The position numbers and the translations under genes were made by a program. The notes beneath the pieces were generated by a model that worked only from the letters and a program-made list of their open reading frames with translations, searched no databases and was not told the DNA's origin. DNA of 62,717 nt, counting the filler, from Folioceros fuciformis (lineage: Eukaryota), in the NCBI GenBank assembly GCA_049999805.1. It is 5 parts of 3 records of this genome, joined end to end, with 100 filler letters (N's around TTAATTAATTAA, not from the genome) between each part and the next. Parts side by side here need not be neighbours in the genome. Positions count along the whole stretch, not along the records: positions 31,339 to 47,172 come from JBNGIO010006333.1; positions 47,273 to 60,389 come from JBNGIO010006339.1; 3 more parts are not named here. One strand, given 5' to 3'. The stretch's first letter is position 1, and the number at the start of each line of letters is the position of its first letter. Shown here one piece after another: positions 36,800 through 48,784 of the stretch.

Positions 36800-38060
36800 G
36801 GCCGTCTTTGGTTTCCAGCTCGAAAGTCGTGGGAATAAATCTCGTGAGAAACTGTGCAATTTTCTGGAGCTAGCAGACTGGGATCATGAAAACGCAGAGA
36901 TAGAATTGGATAGTCTGATAGTACGCCTGCTGCCTGTCCATGTCTCCCATTTGTCGAAATCATGCGGATGTTGATCAAGCGTGTTTCTTCAGCGGGCAAA
37001 GGGTCAGCAAGGGTACGAACATAGTCTTGATGCATACTACGAAGCTCTGAGAGTACTGGGTCGGGCAGGGAATTTTACCGCAGCTTAGCAGATGGTTGAT
37101 GAGATGACTCGGCGGCATGGGTTTGCGACGGAGGGAACGTTGATGACCCTTCTGAAAAGTTATCTGAGGCTAAGTCAGGTCCAGCAAGCTCTGGAAGCGT
37201 TCTTTGATGTGTAGAAGTATGGTTGCAGGCCTAAGTTGTCTGGTTGGAACTATATGGTGGCCTGTCTTGTGACACGGCGTCTGCAACAAGTGTTTGAGCT
37301 ATTTGAGAAGATGACAGCTTCTGGCTGCACACCAAATACTATGAGGTGCCAGATTGTGACCGGTGAATGTTGCACTTCGTCTCTTTGAACAGATGCGACA
37401 GGAGGGATATCCGCCATACGTGGCCACATGCAGCACTCTTTCCGGAAGGGGAACATGGTATGCGCTGCTTTTGGGGTTTTTAAAAACGTGCGGTCGCAAG
37501 GGTTCGATCCTAACGTTGTTGTTGATAACAACATTATGGTTTTCCTTGGGAAAGCACATGAGTGACAGCTAGCTACTGCCATCAGGGAGCAGATGGCAGA
37601 GGGATAGCCCAACAAAGTGGTCTATAGTATGTTGGTAGCCAATCTAGGAACGACGGGAAAAGGCGATGCTGTAGTGCACATTCATGAGCACATGCAGGAA
37701 AATGGCTGTTTCCCATTGAGTTGCGGCAAGTTGGGCAGAACAGATGACGTTAATCAGCTGGTGCGGGAGATGAGGAAGTAAGATGTGGCTCCGTCTACGA
37801 AGATAGACAACGCTCTTTTGGGTTCTCCAGCTTGTGTTGGTCAATTGTATAGAGTGTTGCACCTTTTTGCAGAAATGGCGAACGGTCATGAGCTCGCTGT
37901 GGCGACAGACACCGTCCTTATCCAGTGTATCGTGAAGGCAGACACATCCAGAGTTGCTTTGGAGGTTCTGCAGGTGATTGACCACGCGGACATTTGCTTG
38001 ACGATGTGCCACTGAAAGTAAGTGAAGAGCCTGCACAGGCTTTCAAAAGATTGTGGCGAG
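36800..38060 (+). pseudogene. P-class PPR pseudogene
   Basis: Broken 35-aa repeats in shifting frames with many stops: QVFELFEKMTASGCTPNT, VALRLFEQMRQEGYPPYVATCSTL, SQGFDPNVVVDNNIM, PNKVVYSMLVANLG, APSTKIDNALL...LHLFAEMA. Confidence 0.7.
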
Positions 38061-38300
38061 TTCTAAGTCCTTAAGCAGGTGGAACAAACCACAATCAGTG
38101 GAATGAGAAATTGAGTAATTCAGTCAACATGAGCAGGACGAAACGGGGAAGTCCTTCTGGCGTTTTGTGCTTCAATCCTTGCAACAAAGTCAATTTCAGA
38201 CAGCGGCGTTGCAATGTGCCCCACATGTACACGAGGAATCCAGTGGACGAACAAGGAACCTTAGACCGTGGAAGACGTTCAAATGCAACTCCGGACAATC

Positions 38301-38945
38301 TCACTTGTCAGTTTGACCTACGACAGCACATACCAATCAAACACACAGATTAGCACTGTAAGAAGCGGCGGACACAATGGGGCAGTCCCAGGATGGAGAG
38401 TAGGCTCACCGATCTTCCCAAGCCCATTGCAGTTCTTGCACACGATCTGGGCCTGATCCTTGCGTGCAGCGTTGGCCCTCAAAGCAGAAGAAGTGTCCCG
38501 CACGAAGCCTGCTCCATCGCACACTGGGCACCTACATTGCATTCCTGAGCCATCAGGGACGGTCGGATCTGAAGAGCTGGGAGGAGCATTGGAGCGAGTT
38601 GTGTTGAGAAGCTCACAGGTCCTTGCGGGAGAAAAAGATGGGAAAGGCCGTGCCAACGATCGCAATGAGGGCAGCGCCAGCAACGAGGTACGGCGTAGCG
38701 TCAGCCGACACATCGCCTACAGCGCAGACGACGCGGGCCCTGTTGGACCCACACAGGCTCTGCCGCACACGTTGGCGGAAGCTGAGAGCGCTGTTACTCT
38801 TGGTGCAGATGTTGATGCCGCTCCCCAAGCCCGCGACGTACACAGTTTGTGCGCGACTGGGTGGTGCCCCTCCAAGGCGGGTGCCGGCGGGTGTGAGTGC
38901 AGGAGACGAGATGTTTGCAAGCTGAAGCTGGGCCAGGGACGCCAT
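38301..38945 (-). CDS. FIP: Thylakoid DnaJ-like zinc-finger protein, FtsH5-interacting protein (At5g02160)-like; 3 exons
   Basis: Transit peptide followed by AVGDVSADATPYLVAGAALIAIVGTAFPIFFSRKD|CPVCDGAGFVRDTSSALRANAARKDQAQIVCKNCNGLGKIG|QTDK*. Contains two CxxCxGxG motifs. Confidence 0.85.
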
Positions 38946-39450
38946 GGTTCAAATGGTTTGGCGCTCACTCTCTCTGCCTGCCGGTCCTGGTGCAAATTGC
39001 AAACTGCTGTAGACGGTCCAGGAGTCTGCCTACTTCCCCGAGCAGCAGGCCCAATGCACTGCCTGCAGCCACACTTTCTGGATAGCGTAAATTCCTGATG
39101 TGGCCACGGATCTTGTTGCAGATATCGCTGACGTGGCGATCGTAATGGATCCCCTTCGCCACCCTGGCGCTGCAGGCAAATCGATTTACTCTTGCCGACT
39201 CAATGCGCAATTATGGACGTCCGGTACGAGTGAACGGTCGAGGGATTTTTAAAAATTAATTTTTATTAATATACATAAAACTATAGTTAAAATAAGCAAC
39301 CTTTCTAAAGATTAATTTAACGTAATATAATGTAATTTGTAAGAAGTTAGACTGTCATGTCATTATAAGAGAGCATAGGATTATAAGCGATAGACCTAGA
39401 CCTACATAAGATGGCAAGAAGGCGGTGTGTGGTATGTCTTTTAGTCTTTT

Positions 39451-39731
39451 GCATTCTCATGTTAGTGTTTTCCATTCTTTGCATTCTCATGTTAGGGTTT
39501 TCCATTCTTTGCATTCTCATGTTAGGGTTTTCCGTTCTTTGCATTCTCATGTTAGGGTTTTCCGTTCTTTGCATTCTCATGTTAGGGTTTTCCGTTCTTT
39601 GCATTCTCATGTTAGGGTTTTCCGTTCTTTGCATTCTCATGTTAGGGTTTTCCGTTCTTTGCATTCTCATGTTAGGGTTTTCCGTTCTTTGCATTCTCAT
39701 GTTAGGGTTTTCCGTTCTTTGCATTCTCATG
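39451..39731. repeat. 30-bp satellite, >=10 copies, running into an assembly gap
   Basis: gcattctcatgttagggttttccgttcttt is repeated with exact 30-bp period. Confidence 0.95.
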
Positions 39732-40289
39732 NNNNNNNNNNNNNNNNNNNNNNNNNNNNNNNNNNNNNNNNNNNNNNNNNNNNNNNNNNNNNNNNNNNNN
39801 NNNNNNNNNNNNNNNNNNNNNNNNNNNNNNNATGTTAGGCTTTTCCGTTCTTGGTTGTCTCGTCCCATTTTCTTTGATTTTTTATTTCCTTTTTGGAGAA
39901 GAGTTTTGCTAGTTTTTGTCATATATTATGTTAAAGTTATTGTTTTGTTATTTAGTTTCCTTGGTAGAAACAATCTTCTACCAAGGTCTTGGTACCTTGA
40001 AGTTTTGAAGTGCATGGTTTCTTCATTATAGTTTTGTATGATATTTTATATTCTAAAATGATGAATACATTTGCAACCTTATGTCTTTACTTAGTTCTTC
40101 AAGTTCATCAATATATTCCTAATGCTATTCTTCAAGAGGATAATTTATTGCTTTATTCTACCATTATAGCTATTTTAATCACAATTATTGTGGCAGCCAG
40201 CATAGAGAAAATTGAATGGAAGCGGTTGTACCCTAATTTCATGGCCTTGGTTAACCATTTCAAGCCTTATATTGCGCATGTTGGGTTAA

Positions 40290-41260
40290 GAAAGCCAATG
40301 GAGTTGCACCATGTTGTTGCTATGGCGTTGCATCAACTGATTAGAGGGCTTCCCCCACAGGTTGTTATGCGCATGTATGGAGTTGGGACATCCATTGTGG
40401 TTCAGTACACTTTGTTGGTTACTAAAGTTTTAAGCAATCCTAACAAGTTTTTCTCAAGATTTATTGCTTGGCCCTTAGCAACTTGACAACGAAATATATT
40501 TGCAAAGATTTTGGTCATCACAGGATTACCAAATATGGTTGGAGCAGTAGATGGATCTCATATCAAGTTGGCTAGAAAACCTAGTGGCCTACTTGTGTCA
40601 CCATGACATTCACTCTATTCTTTTGCAATGACTTTGTGATTCTGACCACTTATTTCTTGATGTTTCATGCACTCTTCCGAGAGGTGTGCATGATGCTACA
40701 ATTTTACAAGAAAGCAATGTATGGCAAAAAATGACATAGGCACAAAATCCATAGGGACAATCACCTTCCATAAAAATTTGTGGTTCGATTACGTCATTTA
40801 TTGTGGGTGATTATGCATATCCTTTGATGCCTTTTCTTTTAAAAGCTTTTCATGCAATGGAAATGATAGAGAAAAAACTATGTTCAATAAGACTGTGCGG
40901 CATCGGTGGGTGAAGATAGAGAATGCTTTTGCACTCTTGAAGAAGAGGTTGTGCACATTGAAAAGCTTGAATGTAAGGTTGAAATATGTTTCTCAAGTTG
41001 TAATTGCTTGTAGTGTGGTACATAATTATTGCATCATGTCGAGCAAGACACATTCCCGTGACATGGATGTGGACCCATATTCTTTACATGACGGCCATAA
41101 AATGAATGTGCGGGAGGATATGTCATATAGGCGTTTGTGTAACCAAGCGAAAGAGAGGAGACATGCTTTGTTGCATGCTTGGAGAATTTCTGCACAAGGT
41201 TCCCTAGTAGTTAAAACACACAATATGGAATGGTGGAAAGTATTAAAGAAAAAAATTTAA
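40290..41260 (+). pseudogene. Second PIF/Harbinger DDE transposase pseudogene
   Basis: MELHHVVAMALHQL, LPNMVGAVDGSHIKL, GVHDATILQES, IVGDYAYPL and RWVKIENAFALLKKR, with stops and frameshifts, in AT-rich DNA. Confidence 0.8.
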
Positions 41261-42325
41261 ATGTGAAGATATGGCACACCTTCAATGAATACGTTTGCAA
41301 ATAGAAAATTGCTTTTAAAAAGCCAATAACATTAATACACAAAACTACTTCTACTCATTTGGTACACTAGGCTTGCTTTTCTTCAGTGACCACCCTACTA
41401 GGATCTTCAGAATCTCCAGTTGATTCATGAAAAAGAGTTTTTGCATCTATGAGGAATTAGCCATCTTGGCCGACTTAATTTAAGCAGGACGTTTAGCAAA
41501 ACTTGCCAGCCTAAACATGAGATCCTTTGCTAAACCACTAAATGACCTATGTCGCTTTATATTTTTGGATTGCAGTCCATTTAGAGTGCGCCTCTCATTA
41601 TTTGTTTCGAAAGATGAATGGTAGTTGTCACATGGGGTTTTAGGGACGTATGAAACCCAGCCTTCATTGCAAAATAACTACCCATATGACCTTTAAATAC
41701 TTAGCAAACTAGAATAGCAAACACATACAAGTATGGACTAGCAAATACTTACCTAACTAGATTAGCAAGCACATACTAGAATAGACTATGAGACACATAC
41801 CAAACTAGATTAGTAAGTAAGCTTACTCACAAAATTCAACAAAATCTGCAACCTACTTATGCAAAATCTACGAGAGTTGGATAGCACGCAAGAAAAGATG
41901 CCATGCACAACTTGAGAAGGACAATTGCTCACTCACAAAGTTGGCATAAGCACCTTGTGCTAGCTCTTGTTAGCAAAGGTGGAGGCGTCCTAATGTTAGC
42001 AACATGTGCCTCCTTAACTTCAGCAATGGGAGCATTGAGTCTTGTGTGTTAATGTGAGTATAGCTAGCATTAGGTTATTACTTAAGTAATTAAATTAGGC
42101 TAAATAGTTAATGGCACCATATACGAATCAATAGATTCGTATCGGTGCCGCCAATTGATTCGTATTGGTGCCGCTAAGGGTCGCACCCTAAACCAAACCG
42201 ACGCCGTTCACGGGACACAATCCCAACGGTCGCCCTCACGTGTTTTTAAGCGGCCCTACGGCCTAATGCAAATAACACTTTCTTCCAATCTGCCTCTCTC
42301 TCTCGCGATCCTAACTTAGCCTTTA

Positions 42326-45300
42326 TGGTATCACAGCAGGATGGATCCTACTACACCCCCTAGCATCTACGCCACTTGCAAGAGCAATAATTGCATCAAG
42401 AATCTCCTTCACGAGCACTTCTGGGTGGTGATTGCTGCACTGAAAAACTCTCTTAGCAGGTTTGGGGGCATGGCGGATACTTTTCTTGCAAGCGCAGTAG
42501 AGCATTACTACTCTTGAGTCCTGCGCAATGCCGAGACAGAGAGGAAGGTGCAACGCCCCATCTTGTGACCCGTTCGCAGGTAGGCCTGGACAAAGCGTCG
42601 TTGAACAGCATCGCAACTTGCAGCGTTTCTTCTCAAATCACTATCAGCCCCTTGCACAACCAAGATTGAGTCAAAACACAAGTCAGGATAGGCACGTACT
42701 GAAACCTGATCCCCTTGCCAACCTGAGGAATCAAATTCAACAAGAAATAGTAGCAGCACTCTCGATTTCAGAACAAAGAGCACAACTGCTAGTACGCACC
42801 AACCTTTGTAGTTCTTGCTCACGCAATCTTGACACTTCTTCATACACATTTGATAAGCTTTGGTCAAAGGTTCATGATCTTGTCAAGGCACAAGCAAATA
42901 GCACCAAGGAACATATTTCCTCCGTAAAAAATCAGGTTCATTCATTAAATCACCATGTTGAGTTCCTATCACGACAAGTTTATAACCTGAAGATTGCTCA
43001 GCATACAGAACCACCTGTCAGAACCTCAAATAAAACCTCAGTCGTGCAAGAACCAACAGCTGATTTCATGAAAATGTCTCAAGTATACCTATCCTCCTTT
43101 CCAACTCAACTTGAGCAATTTCAAGCTTTGGAAGTCGAGGCTTCTCAACCCCTGTGATCAGGGGCACATGTCATACAACAACCGAGGGCGGGGAATACAT
43201 AACCCAAACCAAAGAGGTAGGGGAACAGGTAGAGGCAGGGGTCGCCAATAGAATCCTAATCCAAATTTTGTAGTCGATCCTTTGTCCTTTAACCAGCCAC
43301 CCGCGTCCTCACAGTCAAGTTCAACTACATCCGTATCTGTAAACAGTCACACATCACAATTAGCTGCACTTGCAGCACATGCAGTTGTTTCAAATATGGC
43401 TCAACAGCCCAACACCGTGACTAACAACACTACTGTACATAATCTGAAAGTAGATTTTAAAGAAAAAGACAGATTTAACGGAACACAGTTTGACATTTGG
43501 GCATTACGGGTACAAACCATCCTTAAGGAACATGATCTTTGGGGTGTAGTGACAGGAACTGTACCAAACCCGCAATGGGATCTGCACAGGCAGATATTGA
43601 TGCATGAACCAAACTGGATCTGAGAGCTTTATGTGTCATCCAGTCAACATTGGATGGAACCATGATGTATCATACATGAGATGTGGACTCCACCAAAGCA
43701 GTTTGGGACTCCCTTACTCAAGTATACGAAGTAACTAATGGAACTTCGATGGTAAGTGTCACAAGGGACTTCTACAACCTAAAAATGAGGGAACATGAAT
43801 CAGTCGAATAGCATGTCATCAAGTTCAGAATGCTCGGATCCAGACTATCTTTTAGTGGCACAAAGACCACTGAGATGCAGGCTGCCATTACATTGCTGCT
43901 CTCTTTACCTGAAAGTTACAGGACTTTCGTGAGCAATCAAAGCTTGTCGCTACGAAATCTTGCCCAGGCAACTCTAGCAGGCCAAGCCCCTGCAGTCACT
44001 CTATCTGACGTGATTGGAGCTCTTCTCGAGGAAGAGTCCACACGTAAGGCAAGCAGAGGTGTCAACTCCCTCCGAAGAGAGACTTCAAATCGGGCGCTCT
44101 ACACAAACAGAGGCTCGAGGAAGCAACCACCCCGTCAGCCTTGGCCAAATAACAACAGTGGTGACAACTCACAATACAAAAAGCGACAAGCAGCATCTTC
44201 GGCAAAGAAAAAGGGTCCCTGCAACTGGTGTCTAATCCCTGGCCATTGGGAGGCTGAATGCCGTAAGAAGAAGGCTAATGAGCCCCGCCGTAGAACTCCA
44301 CCGGAGTCATATGTCGCTCACCTCAAATCCAGCACCATTCTAGCTGTCTGTAAGGTGTCAATAGCTTCTAATAAGCATGTCTGGTTCATAGACTCTAGGG
44401 CTTCATCCCATATCTGTCACTACAAGAAGTCGTTCTCTAAGTATAGGATTGTGACACCTGGTCAGTTTGTACTTCTTAGGGATGACAGTGGCCTCCAGAT
44501 CGAAGGCCTATGTCTTACTTCCAGATAGAACAACACTTGTTCTTATGGATGTCCTCCATGTACCCTCTATGGTTAAAAACCTTGTGTCTGTACGCAAGTT
44601 AACAACACACAACTGTCTAGATGTCTCTTTTAAAGGCCTGTAATGTACTGTCACAGATCCCCAGTATAAGAATAAGGTCTTAGCAACAGGTGCCCCTTTT
44701 CACGACCTGTATCAGCTGAACATTTCCTCCAAGCTTGGTCTCAAACCTGCACAAGCACATGTCAATGTCAGTCTTGAAACCAAGAAGAAAGAAGCAGTCA
44801 TGTTGTGGCACTGCAGACTTGCTCATGTTAACTTTGACAAGCTAAAGGCGATGGTGGCCAGCAACAATCTCTACAGAGAAAGATTTATGCTTCAATTTGC
44901 AAACAAACAGTTCTGTGAGTCATGTGTGCTTGGCAAACATCATCGGCTTCCATACAAGGATGTGAACCCTACTCGAGCTACCAAGGCACTAGAGCTGGTC
45001 CACATTGACCTGTGCGGGTCTATGTCCACAGCATCCCTAGGCGGAGCCCTATACTTCTTAACTTTTCTGGACGACTAGAGCAGGTACGCAATGGTGTACC
45101 TCATCAAGGAAAAAAGCCAGACCCTTGGCTGTTTCCAAGAGTATGTTCCATATGCACAATGGCAGACTGGTGAGACACTCATTGCATTGCGCAGCGACAA
45201 CGACGGTGAATTTACATCAAATGCTTTCAAGGATTATTGCAAGGAGCTGGGGATAGTCAGGCAACTCACCGAACCTTATACTTCCTCGCAAAATCCACTT

Positions 45301-47172
45301 GCTGAGCTCAGTAACAAGCATCTTTAGGAATCTGCTAAGTCCATGCTTAAGCTGTCCGGTCTTTCCCATGAGTACTGGGCAAAAGCCGTAGCTACAACAG
45401 TCTACGTCCGAAATAGGTTACCTACGAGTGCTTTCTCGGGTGCCACTCCCTTCCAGCGATGGACTAATCATAGGCCCCATATTAACCACTTAAGGATATT
45501 TGGCTCCCCAGCTTATGCACACCTGTCTGAACAACAAAGGGTCAAGTTAGATTACAAAGCTCGTAAGTATGTCTTCATTGGATATACAGAAGGCATTAAA
45601 GGGTATAAGCTATTTGATCCCTCTACTAAGACAACAACACATGCACGTAGTGTTCTGTTTAACGAGCAGTTACTTCTAAACTCCACTATGGGACATACCT
45701 TAGTAGATGAATCACAATCTGGCCCGGATGATAGCCAAGAGGGCATTACAAGTCAGTCAGCCAGCCTCCCTCATCTTCCAGTCAACCAGAACTCAACTAG
45801 TTCAAATTCACACTACTCTGATAGTGACACATAGGAGGAACTCTCGGACTTCCCTGATGATGATTATGAGGGATGTTCCAATAATGATACATCTGCGCCA
45901 GAGATGGACACTAGTCAACCCCCCGTGGAAGAGGACTCGGTAACTTAAGAACTGCAAGGTAGCATACCTAAACCCGAAGAGGCTAAAGCTCCAAGGCAAA
46001 GTTCTCGGAGACACACATCAACTCCTGCAGACTGGAAGGAACCCCGCTGACATACCAATCATTTCTCATACAAGATGGTGCTGAACCTCTTGACCTTGGA
46101 GAGCTGCAATCCTATCAAGAAGCTGTTAACTCTGCAGACAAAGAAAAATGGATTGCTGCTATTCAATCAAAGTATCAGTCCATTGTGGACAACAAGACCT
46201 GGATCCTTGAGGACCTACCCCCTGGACGAAAGCTAGTCACCTGCAAATGGGTGTTTAAAAAAAAAGTTGGCTGCAGATGATACTGTTGCACGTTTAAGGC
46301 AAGACTTGTTGCCCGAGGATACAGCCAAGTTGAAAGGTTGGATTACATGGAGACATTCTCCCCTGTGGTATGTGCTACCTCAATTCGAGCCTTGCTTGCA
46401 GTAGCTGCACAACACGATTACATGTTACACCACATGGATGTCAAAACAGCCTTCCTGAACGGAACACTTGAAGAGACTATCTATATGCGGCAACCTGAAG
46501 GCTTCGTTGACCATAAGCAACCAACAAAAGTTTGCAGACTTGTAAAACTCTGTCCAGCCTCAAACAGTCCCCTCGAGAAGGGTATAAGCGTATCAACACT
46601 TACCTGAAAAACTGTGGGTTTGTCCATAGCACTGTAGACTCCAATGTATACATGCTACATGACAATAAGGGTGTTTGTTTCCTTGCTTTATATGTCGACG
46701 ATGCAGTGATAATTGCAAGTAGTCATGAGCTGATGTCAAAAGTCAAAGCCATTTTGACATCCGAGTTTTCAATGACAGATCTTGGTCAGCTTAAGTTCTT
46801 CTTAGGTGTACAGATCCAGCAAAACTTGTCTAGACACACGGTCTTCATTCACCAAGCACACTTTGTGCATCAAGTCTTAGCACGTTTTAGGCTCCAAAAT
46901 GCATCCCCTGCAGCCACACCCATGGCAGTAGGAGAAAAACTATCCCTTGAGCAATCACCCAAAACTGAAGATGAAAGGATGCAAATGGAAAAAATACCAT
47001 ACAAATCTGCGGTGGGAGTGCTGCAATCTCATGCAGTTGGAGTCACTTCCCAATTCCTCACCAACTATGGCTCAGCTCATTGGGCAGCTGTACAAAGATG
47101 CATGTGCTATCTTGGAGGGACCCTAAAGCTTGGGCTACTATACAAACAACGACCTACAAACCTGCTCCTAAC
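42326..47172 (+). mobile_element. Degenerate Ty1/copia LTR retrotransposon internal region (truncated by gap)
   Basis: Met-tRNA-type PBS variant tggtatcacagc at 42326. Domains in copia order with many stops: Gag FNGTQFDIWALRVQTILKEHDLW, zinc knuckle CNWCLIPGHWEAEC, protease WFIDSRASSHI, LWHCRLAH, integrase ELVHIDLCG/LRSDNDGEF, RT MDVKTAFLNG and LYVDD. Confidence 0.92.
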
Positions 47173-47272
47173 NNNNNNNNNNNNNNNNNNNNNNNNNNNN
47201 NNNNNNNNNNNNNNNNTTAATTAATTAANNNNNNNNNNNNNNNNNNNNNNNNNNNNNNNNNNNNNNNNNNNN

Positions 47273-47707
47273 ATGGCACTACAATTCTGTAGGGAGTAGT
47301 GGCGAAAGAGCAGGTTTTAGGCAACAATCTGTGAGCATCAACGGGAGGATCGATGAATCGGCTGATCCAGAAGAATGGGGTTTGGCCGATTGAGATGCGT
47401 GCAAAAGCTACAAGCAAGCTAGCCTCAAAGATACAACATATGTGTAGAGCGTTTCTGATGGCACATTCTTGTAAAAATACCCAACACCCAACTCACCTTG
47501 AGTAGGGGTTCATCCGTTCATCCTCTAAACGTCTGAGTTCTAGCCCTGTCCACCATTGTGGGATGAGCATAGGTCAATCTTCAGTGGGCGAGCCAGAACA
47601 TGAAAGAGGTGTCCGAAAAGCATGCCATGGCCATTTAGATATTGACCAAGATTTTTAGTCAAAAGTTTCTCGTGCCACATCCTTTTGTGAAGCCCAGATG
47701 AGTGTGT
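47273..47707. repeat. Diverged direct repeat, copy 1 (copy 2 at 51781-52227)
   Basis: atggcactacaattctgtagggagtagtggcg...aagcccagatgagtgtg occurs twice, with scattered substitutions and a ~15-bp indel. Confidence 0.9.
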
Positions 47708-48501
47708 GATGTGTTTTCTAGCCGTTGTTGTCTCTCAAGCTTCGGTCTGAGGATAGCTTTTAGAGTCGTACAGAATCACATGGATTCGTAATTTTTGGAA
47801 TCCCAATTGCCCATGGCGAATAATTAAATGCAGCGGTAACAGCTGAGTCAACTTCCGGCAGCACGGGCTGTTCTGTTTCTGATCCAGGAGAGTATCTAGA
47901 ACCCGACTGAACATCAGCCACCCTCGGCAGAAAAGTTCTTGCCTATTTAGCCTGCTGCGCAGTCTTTGACCCAAAATGGCGTTTTAGTCTCGTTTTGTTT
48001 TGTGACAATTTGAAATATGTATTTTTAGATTATTATGTTATATTCACATAATATGTTATATATAATAGTTGTATATGTAATATATTCTGTGAATATTTTA
48101 CTAATGTATGGAATGAGGTGAGTGCATTGCTACACCTTCCTAGGTTGTATATGATTAAGAAGTGCTGCACATATTAGGGTTTGGAGGTTTTGTTTTTAAT
48201 GTTGAGACAACACGTATAGATCATTGTCATGTCAAAGAAATTATTGTCATGCAGTAAATTAAATTATGGTTTGAAATAAAATATATCATAATTAAATGAT
48301 GACATATGTGACTAAATCAGGGTCTTACAATAGAATATATCATAATTAAATGATGGCATATGTGACACCATTGTATAAATCTTACAAGGAAGTAATTTCC
48401 TATTCTTCAAAAAGAGCCGAAGATGGAGGAAGGCTAAAAAGGGTACTAGCCCTTTTCAACATCATGCCTCCCAAAATGTCATGATGTGGAATAATAAAAG
48501 G

Positions 48502-48701
48502 CCTACTTACCATTGGTGCGCGAAAGAAGCCGCTTAACTTGCTTATTTACTATCGGTGCCTGAAAGAAGCCGTTTAACTTGCCTACTTACCATCTGTGCC
48601 CGAAAGAAGTCGTTTAACTTGCCTACTTACTATCAGTGCTTGAAAGAAGTCGCTTACCTTGACTACTTTCCATCAGTGCTTGAAAGAAGCTGCTTAACTT
48701 G
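48502..48701. repeat. 40-bp tandem repeat x5, followed by a (GAAA)n microsatellite at ~48745-48782
   Basis: The gaaagaag core recurs at 48522, 48562, 48602, 48642 and 48682. Confidence 0.85.
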
Positions 48702-48747
48702 TGCTAGTTGCTGTTCTAAAAATTGGGATTTGAAGACTTTATAGAAA

Positions 48748-48784
<37 letters not shown>

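Noticed and set aside
20518-38945. Plastid-related genes (LCYE, OEP16, possibly FRO, FIP, PPRs) as a functional gene cluster
   Set aside because: They belong to unrelated pathways, have mixed orientation and are interrupted by gaps and TEs; such proximity is expected by chance in a compact genome.
39347-40031. ORFs with MRMQRTENPN / CILMLGFSVL repeats
   Set aside because: These are translations of a 30-bp satellite across an N gap, not proteins.
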